From assembly GCF_947568905.1 (NCBI RefSeq), contig NC_079165.1:4030001-4094000 (forward strand): a DNA stretch of 64,000 nt, in the 5' to 3' direction. The notes beneath the pieces are model-generated. The model made no database searches, was not told the DNA's origin, and was given only the letters and a program-made list of their open reading frames with translations. Below are positions 36,149-49,024 of the stretch, in pieces. The translations under genes and the position numbers were made by a program. Source of the stretch: Ostrea edulis (taxonomy: Eukaryota). The first letter of the stretch is position 1. Every line of letters begins with the position of its first letter.

Positions 36149-39100
36149 ATGTATCGCCATTTTTTCCTAATTTCATTGGGTGAGTATTTTCCAGACCTAT
36201 ACGAATTAACAATCCTAAAATTCAAGAAATCAATGAAATCTAATATGTTTTTCTGTAAAGGTGGTAACATTTTAAACAAAACTCTCTACCCTAGCCCTGT
36301 TTAAAGGATTTCATTCTGTCTTGTCCCTCAATGAAGTGGATCTGAAGCGAAGTTTGTTGGACCCAACTGTGTATGATAAAACAGTCCGACCACGCATCAA
36401 CACCACCCACACCGTGAAGGTAGAGGTTGGTTTTACCAATGTGTTCGTCGTCGATGTAGTGAGTACCTTTTTAACTATACTAAAGTATAAGTATTCCACT
36501 TTCATTAGGACGCGAATTTGCGATTCATCGAATGAAACTATATACTACTCAAAATTTGATGAGGATCATAGATATTTTTCTGTTTAAAAAATTAATAACT
36601 GCATAACTGGCAATATTGTGTCCAAGTGAAATAAAAAAAAAAACGTCTTCAACAAACTTGCACGTGCATTTCATGCCATGGGAAATGCGTTTCTCATCAC
36701 AGTTTATGCTTTTGCTACCATTGCACGATTTTCACTCAGGCATCGCTGTCTGATTCTTTCTAAAATTTCAAACTCACTTGAGTGTTTACACTACGTTTAT
36801 CAACACAATGCCCCCTCAACGTGTAAGGTGTCGCATGACGACAGAACAACTGGGCAGATGTATTGGAATGCTTGACGCTGGCTATTCACAACGTGACGTT
36901 GCAAATGCACTAAACGTCAGTCAGAGCGTTGTAAACAGGGCCTGGAACCGACAGCAAACTTTTGGTACAGCAGCCTACCGACATGGCGGTGGTCGTCAGA
37001 GGTCGACAACCCAACGCCAAGACCATTTTGTGGCTCTTTAGGCACGACGCCATCCCTTCTGGACAGCAACCAGCCTACGTAACGACCTCCTGAACGCCTC
37101 GGGGGTGAATGTGTCCACTCAGGAGATACGGAATCGGCTTCACAATGCAGATCTCAACTAGAGAAGGGCATGTGTTCGAGTCCCTCTGACTGTTCGACAT
37201 CGGCGGGAGCGATTGGACTGGCCTGAAGATCATGTCACTTGGACACAGAACGATTGGGTTCAAGTTCTGTTCACCGATGAGTCCAGGTATTTGGACTTTA
37301 CAGACAGGAGGCACCGAGTGTGGCGACGACAACGTGAACGTTTCCATGATGCCAACATCAGTGAACAAGACCGTTATGGTGGTGGTTCCATCATGGTCTG
37401 GGGTTGAATCAGCAGGGATGGAAGAACATATCTTCATGTCCTGGAGAGAGGAACAATGACGGGGGTGCGGTACAGGGATGAGATCCTCGATGTTTACGTA
37501 AGACCCTACGCTGGTGCTGTTGGCCCTGAGTTCATCCTGATGGATGATAACGCCCGTCCTCATCGCGCCAGGGTGGTTGAGCAGTACCTCCAGCAGGAGA
37601 CAATTATCCGTATGGACTGGTCAGCGCGCTCGCCGGACTTGAAGCCGATTGAGCATGTATGGAACATGCTGCAGGTTGCCCTTGCACGCCGTAGAGCACA
37701 ACCCACGACTTTAGCAGAGCTCGGAAACGCACTCGTGGAAGAGTGGAACAACCTTCCCATTGGAAACATCCGGGTGCTTATTGACAGCATGGCTCGACGT
37801 TGTCAAGCCGTCATTGATGCAAGGGGAGGCCATACCCGGTATTGACACTTCATCGACTAAGTGTAATGATGGACTATCCCCAAAAACTGTGTAATGTTTT
37901 CTCTGGTTTGCTGTTAACTTTTTGTAATGAAATGCCTTTTGGTGTTGTTATCAGATTTCAAGCATTCCGTATTGATAAAAGTTCATGCCGTTCATGAATT
38001 TTCATTCATAACCTGAGTAAACACGTTTCTGGGTCAAATTTATGTCTTTTGTTATGTTAGTGGTAAATTACACAGATATAACCTAGTGATCCTTATCAAT
38101 TTTGAGTAGTATATATTAGGATTCCCATATACAGAAACGTGTGTATGAAGAAATTTAATCACATGATAATTATTATTCCAGGATGAAAAAGGAAGTTCTC
38201 TTTCTCAAGCATGTTACTTATTCGTTGTAAGTGAATATAAATGTTAATAGATGAGAATACAACAATATCAAATGCTTGTCATCACTTTAGATTACATGAG
38301 TAATGTGATGACATAATATATTCATATCGGTCAGCTTTGTCGGTTAATTTCAGGGTTGGAATGACGAATTTTTGACATGGAACGCCAGTCAATACGAGGG
38401 TATAGACGATTTTATTATCGATATTTCATCCATATGGAATCCGGATGTGTCACTTCTTGGAAGGTATTAAACTATTGAAACATTTTGACTAGGTGATGTT
38501 TAATGTTTGGGGTTATGTTTTCGGTTTATGATTATAAACTATGAAAATAATTATCATATCACATTCGTGTTACAATGTGTACAATGTGTTCAACACTCAC
38601 ATTTAACATTACATGTGTTCAACACTCACATTTAACATTACATGTGTTCAACACTCACATTTAACATTACGTGTTCAACACTCACATTACATGTGTTCAA
38701 CACTCACATTTAACATTACGTGTTCAACACTCACATTTAACATTACGTGTTCAACACTCACATTTAACATTAGATGTGTTCAACACTCACATTTAACATT
38801 ACATGTGGTTTTGTATGTTTGGTTTACGTCCCTTCCAGAATTAATCACTCATACTTAGATTTATGCATGGCGCTTAGAGTCGATGTAGTGAGGGTTCTTT
38901 AACATGCCAAGACTTACTGTGATACAGAACCTCCGTTTTAAAGGTCATATCCGAAAGACCCAACTCTCACTTCTAAATACCGAACATTCGATAAAGAAGC
39001 AATCACTACCTATTTTACATTTTGAGTCAGACGCGGGCTTCTTACTCTTCCTAGGCACCTGATCGCAATTCTGGTATATCCAAGGGCTCGTGTTTGACCA

Positions 39101-40635
39101 ACTCTCTATTTTGCATTCCTTATAGGAGTTATGAGATTAATCATTGTTATCTTCACCTTTCATTGATCACTGTTCGTTATCTCCACGTTTTCATTCAGGA
39201 GGAGTAAGCATTCGCTGTCGACCTGTCACACATAGCATTTTTTTTTATTATACCGCGTATTGTATTGACAGTATTTTGGTTAATATGAAGGAGGCATCAA
39301 AAGGCATACCTTCAACAAATAAAATGAGAAATAAATGTTTGCTTCAGTTGACGAAAGCGTACGTTATCGTATAGTAAGATATGAACCATTCTCAAGAGTT
39401 TTATCGTTGGATAATCAGGTAATATTTTACGAGCGTTTCTGGAACTTCATATCCGTTGAGCCTGATTTACATAGCTTACTGTTGAGAACATGTGCATATC
39501 CTTATCTTTGTAGAATGGAGATTGATCAAGAAGTGAAGTTTAGTCGAGCAAGAGTGCAGTCCAATGGCACAGTCAATACGACATTTGTAGGACAGCTGAT
39601 AACCCATTGCAACACAGACCCCTCCCACTTCCCGTTCGATTATCAGCTTTGCAACATCAGACTGGACTCTCAAATTTATACTAAATCCGAAGTTGACATG
39701 GAATTCACCTTCGCAAAGATGATACCAGACTACAAATCAAATCCGAATTGGAACACAGCATACATTACACGTAACTCTATTGACAAGCAGGAAATCAACG
39801 TCTGTCTTCAAAGGAAATCTCTGTATCTAAGCGCGTTATACATGGTGCCAACTACGATGCATGCCGTTTTGATTCTCGTTTCTTTCTTAGTTCCCAGTGA
39901 AGCTGGAGAGAAAATATCATTCGGAATGTCTCTGTTCCTATCCTTTATGGTTTTGCTGTTGCAGTTAAATGGGGATTTACCTGAGGTGTCAACCTCCATT
40001 CCAGCATTAGGTGGGTAGGACTGGGAACAGCATAATTGAACGGTTTTCAGGATTATTAGATTAGATTTATCTGGAACAGTATTAGGTGGGTATGTATGAG
40101 AAAGCATTAAGTAGATATTTCCGAGAAGTGTTTAGGACTATTCAATTCTAATCTGTTTTTGTCAGCTTGTGATTCATCAACTTAGATTTATATTGGGTTT
40201 TTTTTTTTTTATCTGTAATCGCTTACATGTAAGACTTGCATAATATTCTCTAGATAAGAGTGAAAAAATGTACAAAAGATGCATTGATACATGATATATT
40301 GTTATGTACAATATTTTACAGAGATCTACGTTATGCTTCACTTGGTGAGTGGGGTCGTTTCCCTGGTTGTCTCCTCCTTCACAGCTTATATTAAACAGAA
40401 CAGCGACCAATCAGAATATCGAAATGACGCAAAGGTAAAGGACGTATCCTCCATCGTTCCAAACAACAAAGGCAAACCTAACAATAAAAGAAGAACGAAC
40501 ATATGCGAACGACTCAGATCCGAGATATTCCTCAACCGACTTGGATTTGTTTCGTCCTTCATTCTGATTCTAGCAGCTAACTGTGTAATGTTAAATGCCA
40601 AAGTGGTATCGACGGATTGTGGTCATCTCCTTTGA
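36149..40635 (+). CDS. Divergent nAChR-like Cys-loop channel subunit, copy B, 382 aa
   Basis: Exons 36149-36179, 36307-36458, 38182-38226, 38354-38463, 39514-40010, 40322-40635 (1149 nt, open frame). Signal peptide MYRHFFLISLGFHSVLS, Cys-loop CNTDPSHFPFDYQLC, four TM helices and a short M3-M4 loop. Confidence 0.95.
36543..38111 (+). mobile_element. Tc1/mariner DNA transposon, 1569 bp, in intron 2 of copy B
   Basis: TIRs of about 26 bp TACTACTCAAAATT(T)GATRAGGATCA, TA duplication on both sides. Confidence 0.92.
36808..37845 (+). pseudogene. Tc1 transposase (DD34E) with three in-frame stops
   Basis: HTH N-terminus, FTDES, MDDNARPH and SPDLKPIE with 34 residues between D and E; stops TAG, TAG and TGA in one frame. 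Confidence 0.92.
38584..38806 (+). repeat. 29-bp minisatellite ATGTGTTCAACACTCACATTTAACATTAC, about eight copies
   Basis: Direct inspection; some units are shortened. Confidence 0.92.
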
Positions 40636-41023
40636 TAAACATTGTCTATTAGTGTGTTGTAATTGGGGGTGATCATAATGATCGTCCGCTTACGAATGGT
40701 GATTGTAAGTGGATTCCAATGCACACAAAGCGAAAAAACATAGCTAAATAACGACACCAGGAATAACTCTTCTGTCTATATCCCGGTAATGTAGTTTAAC
40801 ATATCATTCACATTTGCGTCATCACAATTCCATTATTGAGTGGTAACTAATCATCCATTTTAGCTGATGAATGTTTGTACAAACAATTTGAAATTAAAAC
40901 AATTGTCAATCACATGGAGTAAACGAAATATTTCTGCCTCATGAAAACTAAATGTGAAAATAAAGAATTACAGACAATTATTACTGATAAATACTTAATA
41001 TTACTTATATTGTGGTGTTGGTA

Positions 41024-43129
41024 CAGTACCCGCAACGTTATTCTTGACATGATAAACGATAGAACACGATACACGCACGATAGGATAGGATTCACGCACG
41101 ATACGATAGGATACACGCACGATACGATAGGATACACGGTAAACCTGATAAACGCAAAACCTGATAAACGATCTTCACGATAGACCTGATAAACGCAAAA
41201 CACGATAAACGATCTTCACGATAAACGGAAAACCTGATAGAAATGTTGTAAATCTAGAAACAAATTAAACAGAACGAAAGTTTGATACGTACAAAATAAT
41301 TTCATTATGTTGATAATAATATTGAAGGATTTCAATACTTAATATATACCTAAAGCATATAATGTAATTATCCACGGTTGTACGTTTATTTTTTTTTAAA
41401 TTCTATTTATGTATTCTTTAACGTCATTACAGCTAAAATCCGGAAGCTAAACTATATACGGTATTGAATTCATTATTTGATATCTATATGAATTTTATCA
41501 GCCAATGATTCTAAAACGTATATTGTCACCTTGAATGTTTAATATATGAATCATAAATGGAGTGATTGATTTTTATCTTGCTTAACGTCACCATGACCGG
41601 TGAAGAGCTTTTAAATTTAGGCTTATGCTCGGCAATTACGGCCATTGAACAGTGAGGGTTTTTTTAGCGTGCCACACCTACCGTGACACGGGGCGTCTGT
41701 TTTTAAGGTCATCTCCGAGGACCCGTGGTATTCACACTTGATACCGAGTGTTTAGCAATTAAACAGGGAATTAACAAAATGGAATATAATGTAGTGATAT
41801 CATGCTTCAATAGCTCTCTTATTCTGTTGTCTATTATCTTGGATATCAAATAAAACTAAGTAATATTTTGTGTGTAGCGAGGAGGGGGGTTATTTTGCAT
41901 CAAGCTCTGAGTTCACCGCTCTTTCAACAACTACAATTATTTTCATAATGACCGCTTTAAATTCAATTCACTGCACTACACCATATGCTCATATGTTAGA
42001 TATTTCTACACTATGAGTGATAATTGATAGTCATAAGTAATTGGAACATATTCATATGAATTGATATTTTGTTAACAAAAAATAAATAAACTATTAAAAA
42101 CATATACGAAACCCGGCTTGATTTAATGTCGCAATTTAGAAACGCTTTAAATTAAATGTTTGTGTTTAGCATGTAAAAAAATTCAAATAATCATCAAAAC
42201 CGGCATACATTTCCAGTATCTACACGTACGACTATTGGTATATGTGTACATGTACATGTACAAAAAAACAACAACAAAAACAACGATGACAGCTGAATCG
42301 TGCCCAATTGAGCAGAACTTTGGGAGATGCAATATACCCTTGCACTCTTTTAAAACTTAATCTTCTAAATGTGTGAAATACAATGCCTCTGAGAATGTTT
42401 ACTGTCAAAACACGGGTGATACACAAAATCAGATAGATAAGAATGCGCACAAGTTCAGTAGTTGGTATATAAGTTGAATACAGGTGAACAAAATCGGAAG
42501 AAAAAGAACCATTATTAAAATATATGTAATAAACAATGTAATTTACTGATTTTTCCTTTCAGATCGGAACTTTCTATTTCTCTGTTAGTGTTAATTACAA
42601 ATAATTGTTTCTAGACAAGGAACTGTTTATGAACTCCAGATGAAGGAGCTTTCAGTTTTATTGTCCTCGGGTTGCTCGGCAAACCACTGCCTACTTTCCA
42701 GACAGAATGACATTGCGATAAATTTTCACCCTCTCTGGACAGACATATAGCTCTTTTTCTGCTTTAAAATCAACAGCTTTATGTTCTCCTTCAAATATAC
42801 TGTCTTTCCTCGATTCCTAAAAATAGCTTCTTTAACAAAACGAATAAAGCTTTCGGAAAGTATCTTACTTTTTCATTAGATTTAATATACGATCCCGATA
42901 GTTTCCGAAGCTACACGATAAACGATTTTCACGATAAACGGAAAACCTGATACACGCATAATACGATACACGATAGACCTGATAAACGCAAAACACGATA
43001 GAAAACGGAAAACCTGATACACGATAGGATAGGATACACGCACGATACGATAGGATACACGCACGATACGATAGGATACACGCATGATAGAACACGATAG
43101 GAATGTCAAGAATAACGTTGCGGGTACTG
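41024..43129. mobile_element. 2.1-kb non-autonomous TIR element (TA target, CAGT termini) with subterminal ACGAT/AGGAT arrays
   Basis: 27-bp TIR CAGTACCCGCAACGTTATTCTTGACAT and its exact inverse; contains a SINE fragment at about 41570-41760. Confidence 0.85.
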
Positions 43130-43344
43130 TACTGATACGTTCTAATGATTACTTGTATTATCTATACTGTTACTAGTGGTGTATGTTGATACTGCTAATA
43201 TTTGTTTATAAGTTCTGAGGACCATAATATCGATGCTGAGTACGAATATGTACTGCAGCTACTGTTTTCCATGTAGAAGATTTTAAAATAAAACGAGGGC
43301 AAAATAGACATTATGTAGGTTGTGTTACAATATTTTAAAACGAC

Positions 43345-43860
43345 CTTTATCGTCAACTTCCCATATTTATGTAGCAATATTCCATTATCACCTGTATATG
43401 GTGATTATGATACTCAACTGATTTGATACACAAGAACATGCTTGTGTATCAGATTTTGAATCGAGGAAGGTTACTGACAAACAAATTTATATTATATGGT
43501 TTTCGACAGTCTCGTGTAAAGTCAGCATTTTGCGAATTCTATGGTCGTTTTACCAAAACAAACTTCCATTGGGCCAAATGCTGTCTAACGTGTTTCATAC
43601 CCATTGTTATGCCGTTCTTTACGCACAGAATGTGACTACGGATTACACCGTATACCTAATCAAGATATAGGGCTCACAGAGGGCGTGACCGGTCGACAGG
43701 GGATGCTTACTTCTTTTAGGTACCTGATCCCACCTCTGGTAGGTCCAGCGGTCCGTGTTTGCCCTACTTTTAATTTCTTCTTCTTTTATAAGAATTATGA
43801 GATTGATCACTGTTCGTTATATCCACCTTTCATCAATATTCGTTATATTCACCTTTTCAT
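43345..43860 (+). mobile_element. Penelope-like element 3' fragment
   Basis: [15 protein letters not shown]-type RT C-terminus plus family tail. Confidence 0.8.
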
Positions 43861-45103
43861 GATGTGTATATATCGGTTTTCAGCAGATTGAGACACTTGC
43901 AACCAATCCAAGCTGAGAGAATTGTGCCTTTTGATATTGGAGATGATTGTAATAATTTCATTCCGTATATTGATTTCTTAATGTAAAAATATTGTAGTTA
44001 ATAATTTCTAAAAACAAAAATGTAAATTTTAAGAAAAATATGAATGGGTTAAACAAAAGAAATGGATAACATTCATATCAATAAAATGTTTCATGCATCC
44101 ATATTTTTGTATACGAGTTGGACAAGCGACATCACTATTCAGGAACTGCAAAATAAACTCATTGATGAAATATATCATTAGGGGCATTAATTAAACGCCA
44201 ATGCACTATTTTTTCTCCACGAATTCTTTGATTCAATTGATTTACGTTCTGCTTTCGTGATGAAAATTATTCAATTCGGATTTAGGGAAAAAAACAACTT
44301 TTTTGGTGTCGAGTAACATTTTTTATTTAAACAATAACGTAAATCAATTGAAGTAAACAGAGATATAATCGGTTAACCACGAAGGAAAGTATTTACTTAG
44401 CATTCGAATTTTACCGAGATTTTTATTTACTTTAATCGAGAATGACATCATATGAAATATAGACAATGGGAACATTGATCTTGCTTTGTTTTCAATATAC
44501 ATTCATTCATCATAACTTGACTGTCTGAATAATGCAATGGTAAGTTAACAATAGAACTAACCAGAATCGACTAATAGGGAAATTTAAAAGTTACAAACGT
44601 GATTGACTTCCAACAGAAGATAGGACGGTGCAACAGAATAGTCGTCATTATATATTTAAGGTGAAATATTGAGCTTTTACGAATTCTTTGCTTAATCAAA
44701 CATTGTGCATGATAGAAATCTGGCTTTTAGAGGAATTTTATTCGCAAGGAATGATACCAATTTGGAAAACTATATAAAAAAACCGTACTCATATATTTAT
44801 ATTTTCTATGAATAATCAATTATTTACAACTCATAATTTTATGACAAACGGAATGATTTTAGCCTCTCCATTGTCAACTCCCCATATTTAGGTAGCAATA
44901 TCCCATTATCACCTGCTTATGGTCTCATCCGAAGGACCGTCCCATTTAATTTAGTCGCCTCTTACGACCCCCCCCCCCCCCCTCGTGAAAATTAAATCAG
45001 TCTTGAGTATTCAAATAACAAAACCATGAAAAATCAATTAATTATATAATTAAACATAACGTGAATTGAAGGTGATCTAATGTGTCGCGGATTAATTATT
45101 GCG

Positions 45104-45178
45104 ACATTTGTTATTTTCACGGTGTAAAAATAACAATCGGGATGGTTGTTATTTTTACACCGTGAAAATAACAAATGT
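45104..45178. repeat. Perfect palindrome with 33-bp arms and a 9-nt spacer
   Basis: ACATTTGTTATTTTCACGGTGTAAAAATAACAA / exact inverse. Confidence 0.9.
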
Positions 45179-45630
45179 GAAAATATAAATTTTTACTAAA
45201 TAGTTTAATTTCAGTATTTTACTGTAGAAAATGTAATAGACACGCACTAGTGTATTCTTGCAATATATATAGATATACAAATCAATTCAATCACAATAGA
45301 CGTCTCTAAGATCAACAACTTCATATTCAATCTGTATTCACTTGAGGATGAATGTTACAATCCAGAAAGCGATTAATAGTGATTTGAATATATTTTGGAA
45401 CTACATATTTTCCTGCTTTTATGATAACTACTTTCCGCAATGATCGGTAAAAGTATAGGTAAAAAGATAGAAAACTGTAAACATTACGTTATGATTTAAT
45501 TTTACCTGTAACACGGAATTTGATTGGCCGAGCAGACTGAAAACAAATTGTTTATAAAGGGCGAAGCACTCTCACGGTCCAAAGGACCGTGAGAGCGGAG
45601 CTCTCCCTATAGGTAACACGTTTATATATG

Positions 45631-46634
45631 TTTAAAAGGAAAATATAGAAAACTAATGAAAAATTTAACCATACCTATGGAACTTGAAAATTTTTGTCCC
45701 AATAGCGTCGATTCGAATACCAGCGCGTGGACACGTATTTCTCCAATTTGAATCTCGTGTACCCAAGTTCACGTCGTTCTTGGATATTACATACAATCCA
45801 TAAAAGCATGTATATCTTATTTTCTTAATCATATATATGATCACTCCTCGATTATCGCGATTGTTCAATGTCGCCTATGTTTGTGAATTTACTAAACACC
45901 GACGCTGAATATGACGTCACAATACACTGTTTACATCAGTTGCATAGCGTTTCCCACGTTTAATGAATAGGCGGATCAAAAATGTCTAAACTTAGAATAT
46001 TTTGAAAGAGCTCCGTCTTCACACGTTAGGTGCTAATATTTCGGGATATTTTTTGTCCTGTTATGGATCTAGATACTAATGCCAATATTTTTTGCTTCGC
46101 CCTCAAACACGGTCACGTCATACGACATATTATTGTATAATGTACATGTAACTTGGTGTGAGAAGCTCTACCTAACGTAACATGTATGTACATTTTTAAA
46201 AGGAAAATATAGAAAACTAATGAAAAATTAAACCATACCTATGGAGCTTGAAATTTTTTGTCCCAATGGCGTCGATTCGAATACTAGCGCGTGGACATCC
46301 GTAAAAGCATGTAAATCTTATTTTCTTAATCATATATAATCACTCCTCGATTAACGCGATTGAACCATGTATATTCTATGTTTGTGAATTTGTTAAACAC
46401 CGACGCTGAATATGACGTCACAATGCACTGTTTACATCAATTACGTTATTTTCCCCGCGTTCCGTAGGCAGATCAAATGTATAAAGTGTTAGGATGCTTT
46501 GATAGAGCTATGTCTTCAAACGTTAGGTGTTAAAGTTCTTCGGTATATTTTTGTCCTGCTACGGATATAGATTCTAATGCCAGTATTTTTCGCTTCGCCC
46601 TCAAACACAGTCAAGCCATCAATAAGACATATTA
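45631..46634 (+). repeat. Diverged tandem duplication, period about 564 bp
   Basis: TTTAAAAGGAAAATATAGAAAACTAATG at 45631 and 46195; the second unit has an internal deletion. Confidence 0.85.
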
Positions 46635-46670
46635 CAATATCCGTAAAGTAATACATTCTTTATTTTCAAT

Positions 46671-46940
46671 CCGTGGGTGGATCCGGGTTAGAATAGGTCA
46701 TCAGTACCCTTTGCTTGACGTAAAAGGCAACTAAATGGGGTGGTTCTTCAGATGAGACCGCAAAAACCTAAGTCCCTTGTCAAAGTAGGTGTGGCACGAT
46801 AAAGATCCCTCCCTGCTCAATGTCCATAAGCGCCGAGCATAGGCCTATATTTTGCAGCCCTTCACCGGTAATGGTTACATCCCCTCATCAGTGAAAGATT
46901 ATCTCGAGGTACGTTAAATACTATGCAATCAATCAATCAA
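46671..46940 (+). mobile_element. SINE, non-tRNA head variant
   Basis: CCGTGGG..GATCCGGGTTAGAATAGG head, GATGAGAC..GGTGTGGCACGATAAAGATCCCTCC core, (CAAT)n tail. Confidence 0.75.
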
Positions 46941-46961
46941 TGACCCATGTACTACTTTATC

Positions 46962-47053
46962 TAGTCTTGTTCTACCAGACGCGCTGCTGTTTTCGCTAAT
47001 CTCCGACGAGCAATGGTTTACGGAGACAGCCGAGCGTCTGGTTGCACGAGACA
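46962..47053. repeat. Hairpin element of about 90 bp
   Basis: AGTCTTGTTCTACCAGACGC / GCGTCTGGTTGCACGAGAC inverted arms. Confidence 0.55.
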
Positions 47054-47209
47054 ACACAAGACTAAACTTCCGCCAGAGTTCGTTTGCTATTCGTAGGTGA
47101 CGTAATGAGGCCTCAACGAGGAGTTTGTACTTTATTAAGACAACTGTTACGTCACAATCAAATGTGCACGTAATTGTAGACGTTGAGTTGTACCATTTGC
47201 GTAACCAAC

Positions 47210-47242
47210 AAAGATGACGTAAGCATACCTGTGACCTACGTT
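47210..47242 (+). promoter_or_regulatory. Candidate promoter motifs upstream of channel copy C
   Basis: AAAGATGACGTAA and ACCTGTGACCTA, as upstream of copy B; a donor-like CAG|GTAAAA follows at about 47313. Confidence 0.4.
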
Positions 47243-47381
47243 AAGAAAGAGAGAGTTATGAATCAAAGTTTTGAATTGTTGGTCAAAATGCTGAATTTTC
47301 ATACAAAATGTCAGGTAAAACAATTATTATTCTTTTAAGAATCGGAGCGAGTGGTGGGGTGGGGGGGTGGGGTGGGGGGGT

Positions 47382-47830
47382 TAGTCCGAAATATCTGACG
47401 TTTTCCTGGATTTTTTTATTATTATTTTTTTATTTTGATATTTACCGTGCCAGGTTCTTTTGTCACATAAACAGTCTCCTCAAAATTTTTTAACAAACTG
47501 TCGAGCTTTGTTTTGAGTCACGTGACTCGTTCGTTCAAATGACAGCGAAAATTCGGCTGACTACAATTGTGTGCTAAATTCTGTTATCGAATTTTGGAGT
47601 GATATTTTCTTTTAATCGATATTAGTAAGTACCAGAAGCATCGTTTTATTGATTAATTGTGAGTTTAACATTGAATTCGACTTCAAGGTATTTAAATTCG
47701 GCCCGAGAATGCCGCCTCCAGTTGGAGGCGGCAAATTTCTAGTTACGTAATGGCGCCGGTTCTGACTTTTCCTTGCATGTAAATATCAAAATCATATAAA
47801 AGCCAGGAAAACGTCAGATATCTCGGACTA
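47382..47830. mobile_element. MITE-like element of about 450 bp between G-runs
   Basis: TIR TAGTCCGA(G)AATATCTGACGTTTTCCTGG. Confidence 0.7.
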
Positions 47831-48041
47831 GGGGGGGGGGGGGTGTTTAGAAAAATGTTAACGATAAAAGAAGCACTGATTTCTTCCACTCTCGGAAAAA
47901 TAGATGACCTATCTTTTGATTTATTGAATTACATTTATTGGGAGAACGTGCATTATTTTCAGAAACCCTTAAAATGTTGCGTCATTTCATTATTTTCACC
48001 ATATAAAAAATACAGAAATAAGTTAAAATGACCACAGACTG

Positions 48042-48470
48042 CATTGGCGGATTTAAGGGGGGAGGCGCAGCCAGCCCCCCCCCCCCCCCTAAAATTTTCA
48101 AATTTAGGGTAAAATGTATTAAACGATATAAGAAGCAATAATTTCTTCCACTCCCGAAGAAATAAATGAAAAAATCTTTTGATTTCTTGAATTACTTTGA
48201 TGGGATAACTTAATTTTTTCCAAAAAACCCTAATATTTGCGTCATCTTATTAATTTCACCTTATAAAAAATGATAGAAAATAGTACAAATGACTAAATAG
48301 GAGACATATTTCAATCCCTGTAAAATCCAGGAGCTTCCGGGAGCTTCGCCCTCTTGGCTGCTCCCACCAGGGCTTCGCCCTGGACCCACTGGGGGCCTCA
48401 AGGCGGCCCCCAGACCCCCTGCCTCATAAAGTGGCGCCCCCCGTAACCGCAATTCCTGGATCCGCCCCTG
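48042..48470. mobile_element. MITE with CA(T/G)(T/G)GGCGGAT termini; a partial tandem copy lies at 47835-48040
   Basis: CATTGGCGGATTT / GGATCCGCCCCTG inverted ends. Confidence 0.55.
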
Positions 48471-48585
48471 GACTGTGGACAAAAGCATTCCGGCGCACGG
48501 TCGCGTCATTTTTCAAGCGTGTTTATCGAGTACCGTACATTGCGGGTTATCTTTCTTTGCACAGACAGGATTTATCCTTTCATCG

Positions 48586-48917
48586 ATTGTATTGTATCTT
48601 GTTTAACGTCCCTCTCGAGAATTTTGCTCTCATATGGAGACGTCACCAAGACTGGCGAAGAGCTTCAAATTTAGGCCTATGCCCGACGCTTTGACCATTG
48701 AGCAGTGATGGTCCTTTAGCGTGCCACACCTACTATGCCACGGGTCATCCGTTTTAAGGTCATCTCAGAGGACCGTGACATTCACACCTGATGCCGAGCG
48801 TTTGGCGATGGAACTGTCACTACCTGTTTTAACGACTTAGGTCTGTCGCGGCAGGGATTCGAACCCCGACCTTTCGCATGCAGGGCGAACGCCCTATCTC
48901 TAGACCACTGCGGCGGT
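48586..48917 (-). mobile_element. Full-length tRNA-derived SINE
   Basis: Head with B-box GGTTCGAATCC and an anticodon-like arm TTCGC-CCTGCAT-GCGAA (TGC, Ala-like); same core and 3' tail as the other SINE copies. Confidence 0.85.
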
Positions 48918-49024
48918 TATCTTTCATCAATTATGCATTTAAAAAGTTAAGGTCATAAATGTGACGTAAAGATTCTTTTTGTCGTCTGCAACTCTGATTA
49001 TACATGCAAGGTATTGATTAGAAA

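Noticed and set aside
37039-37407. Stop-codon recoding or selenocysteine in the Tc1 transposase
   Set aside because: Two of the three stops are TAG, and other substitutions and a codon deletion indicate ordinary decay
40864-40900. CTGATGA..GAAA as another hammerhead (also at 30586-30612)
   Set aside because: Stem II does not close next to the core, and no stem I or stem III can form
48844-48917. tRNA-Ala gene
   Set aside because: The acceptor stem does not close properly and the sequence runs straight into a SINE body and tail
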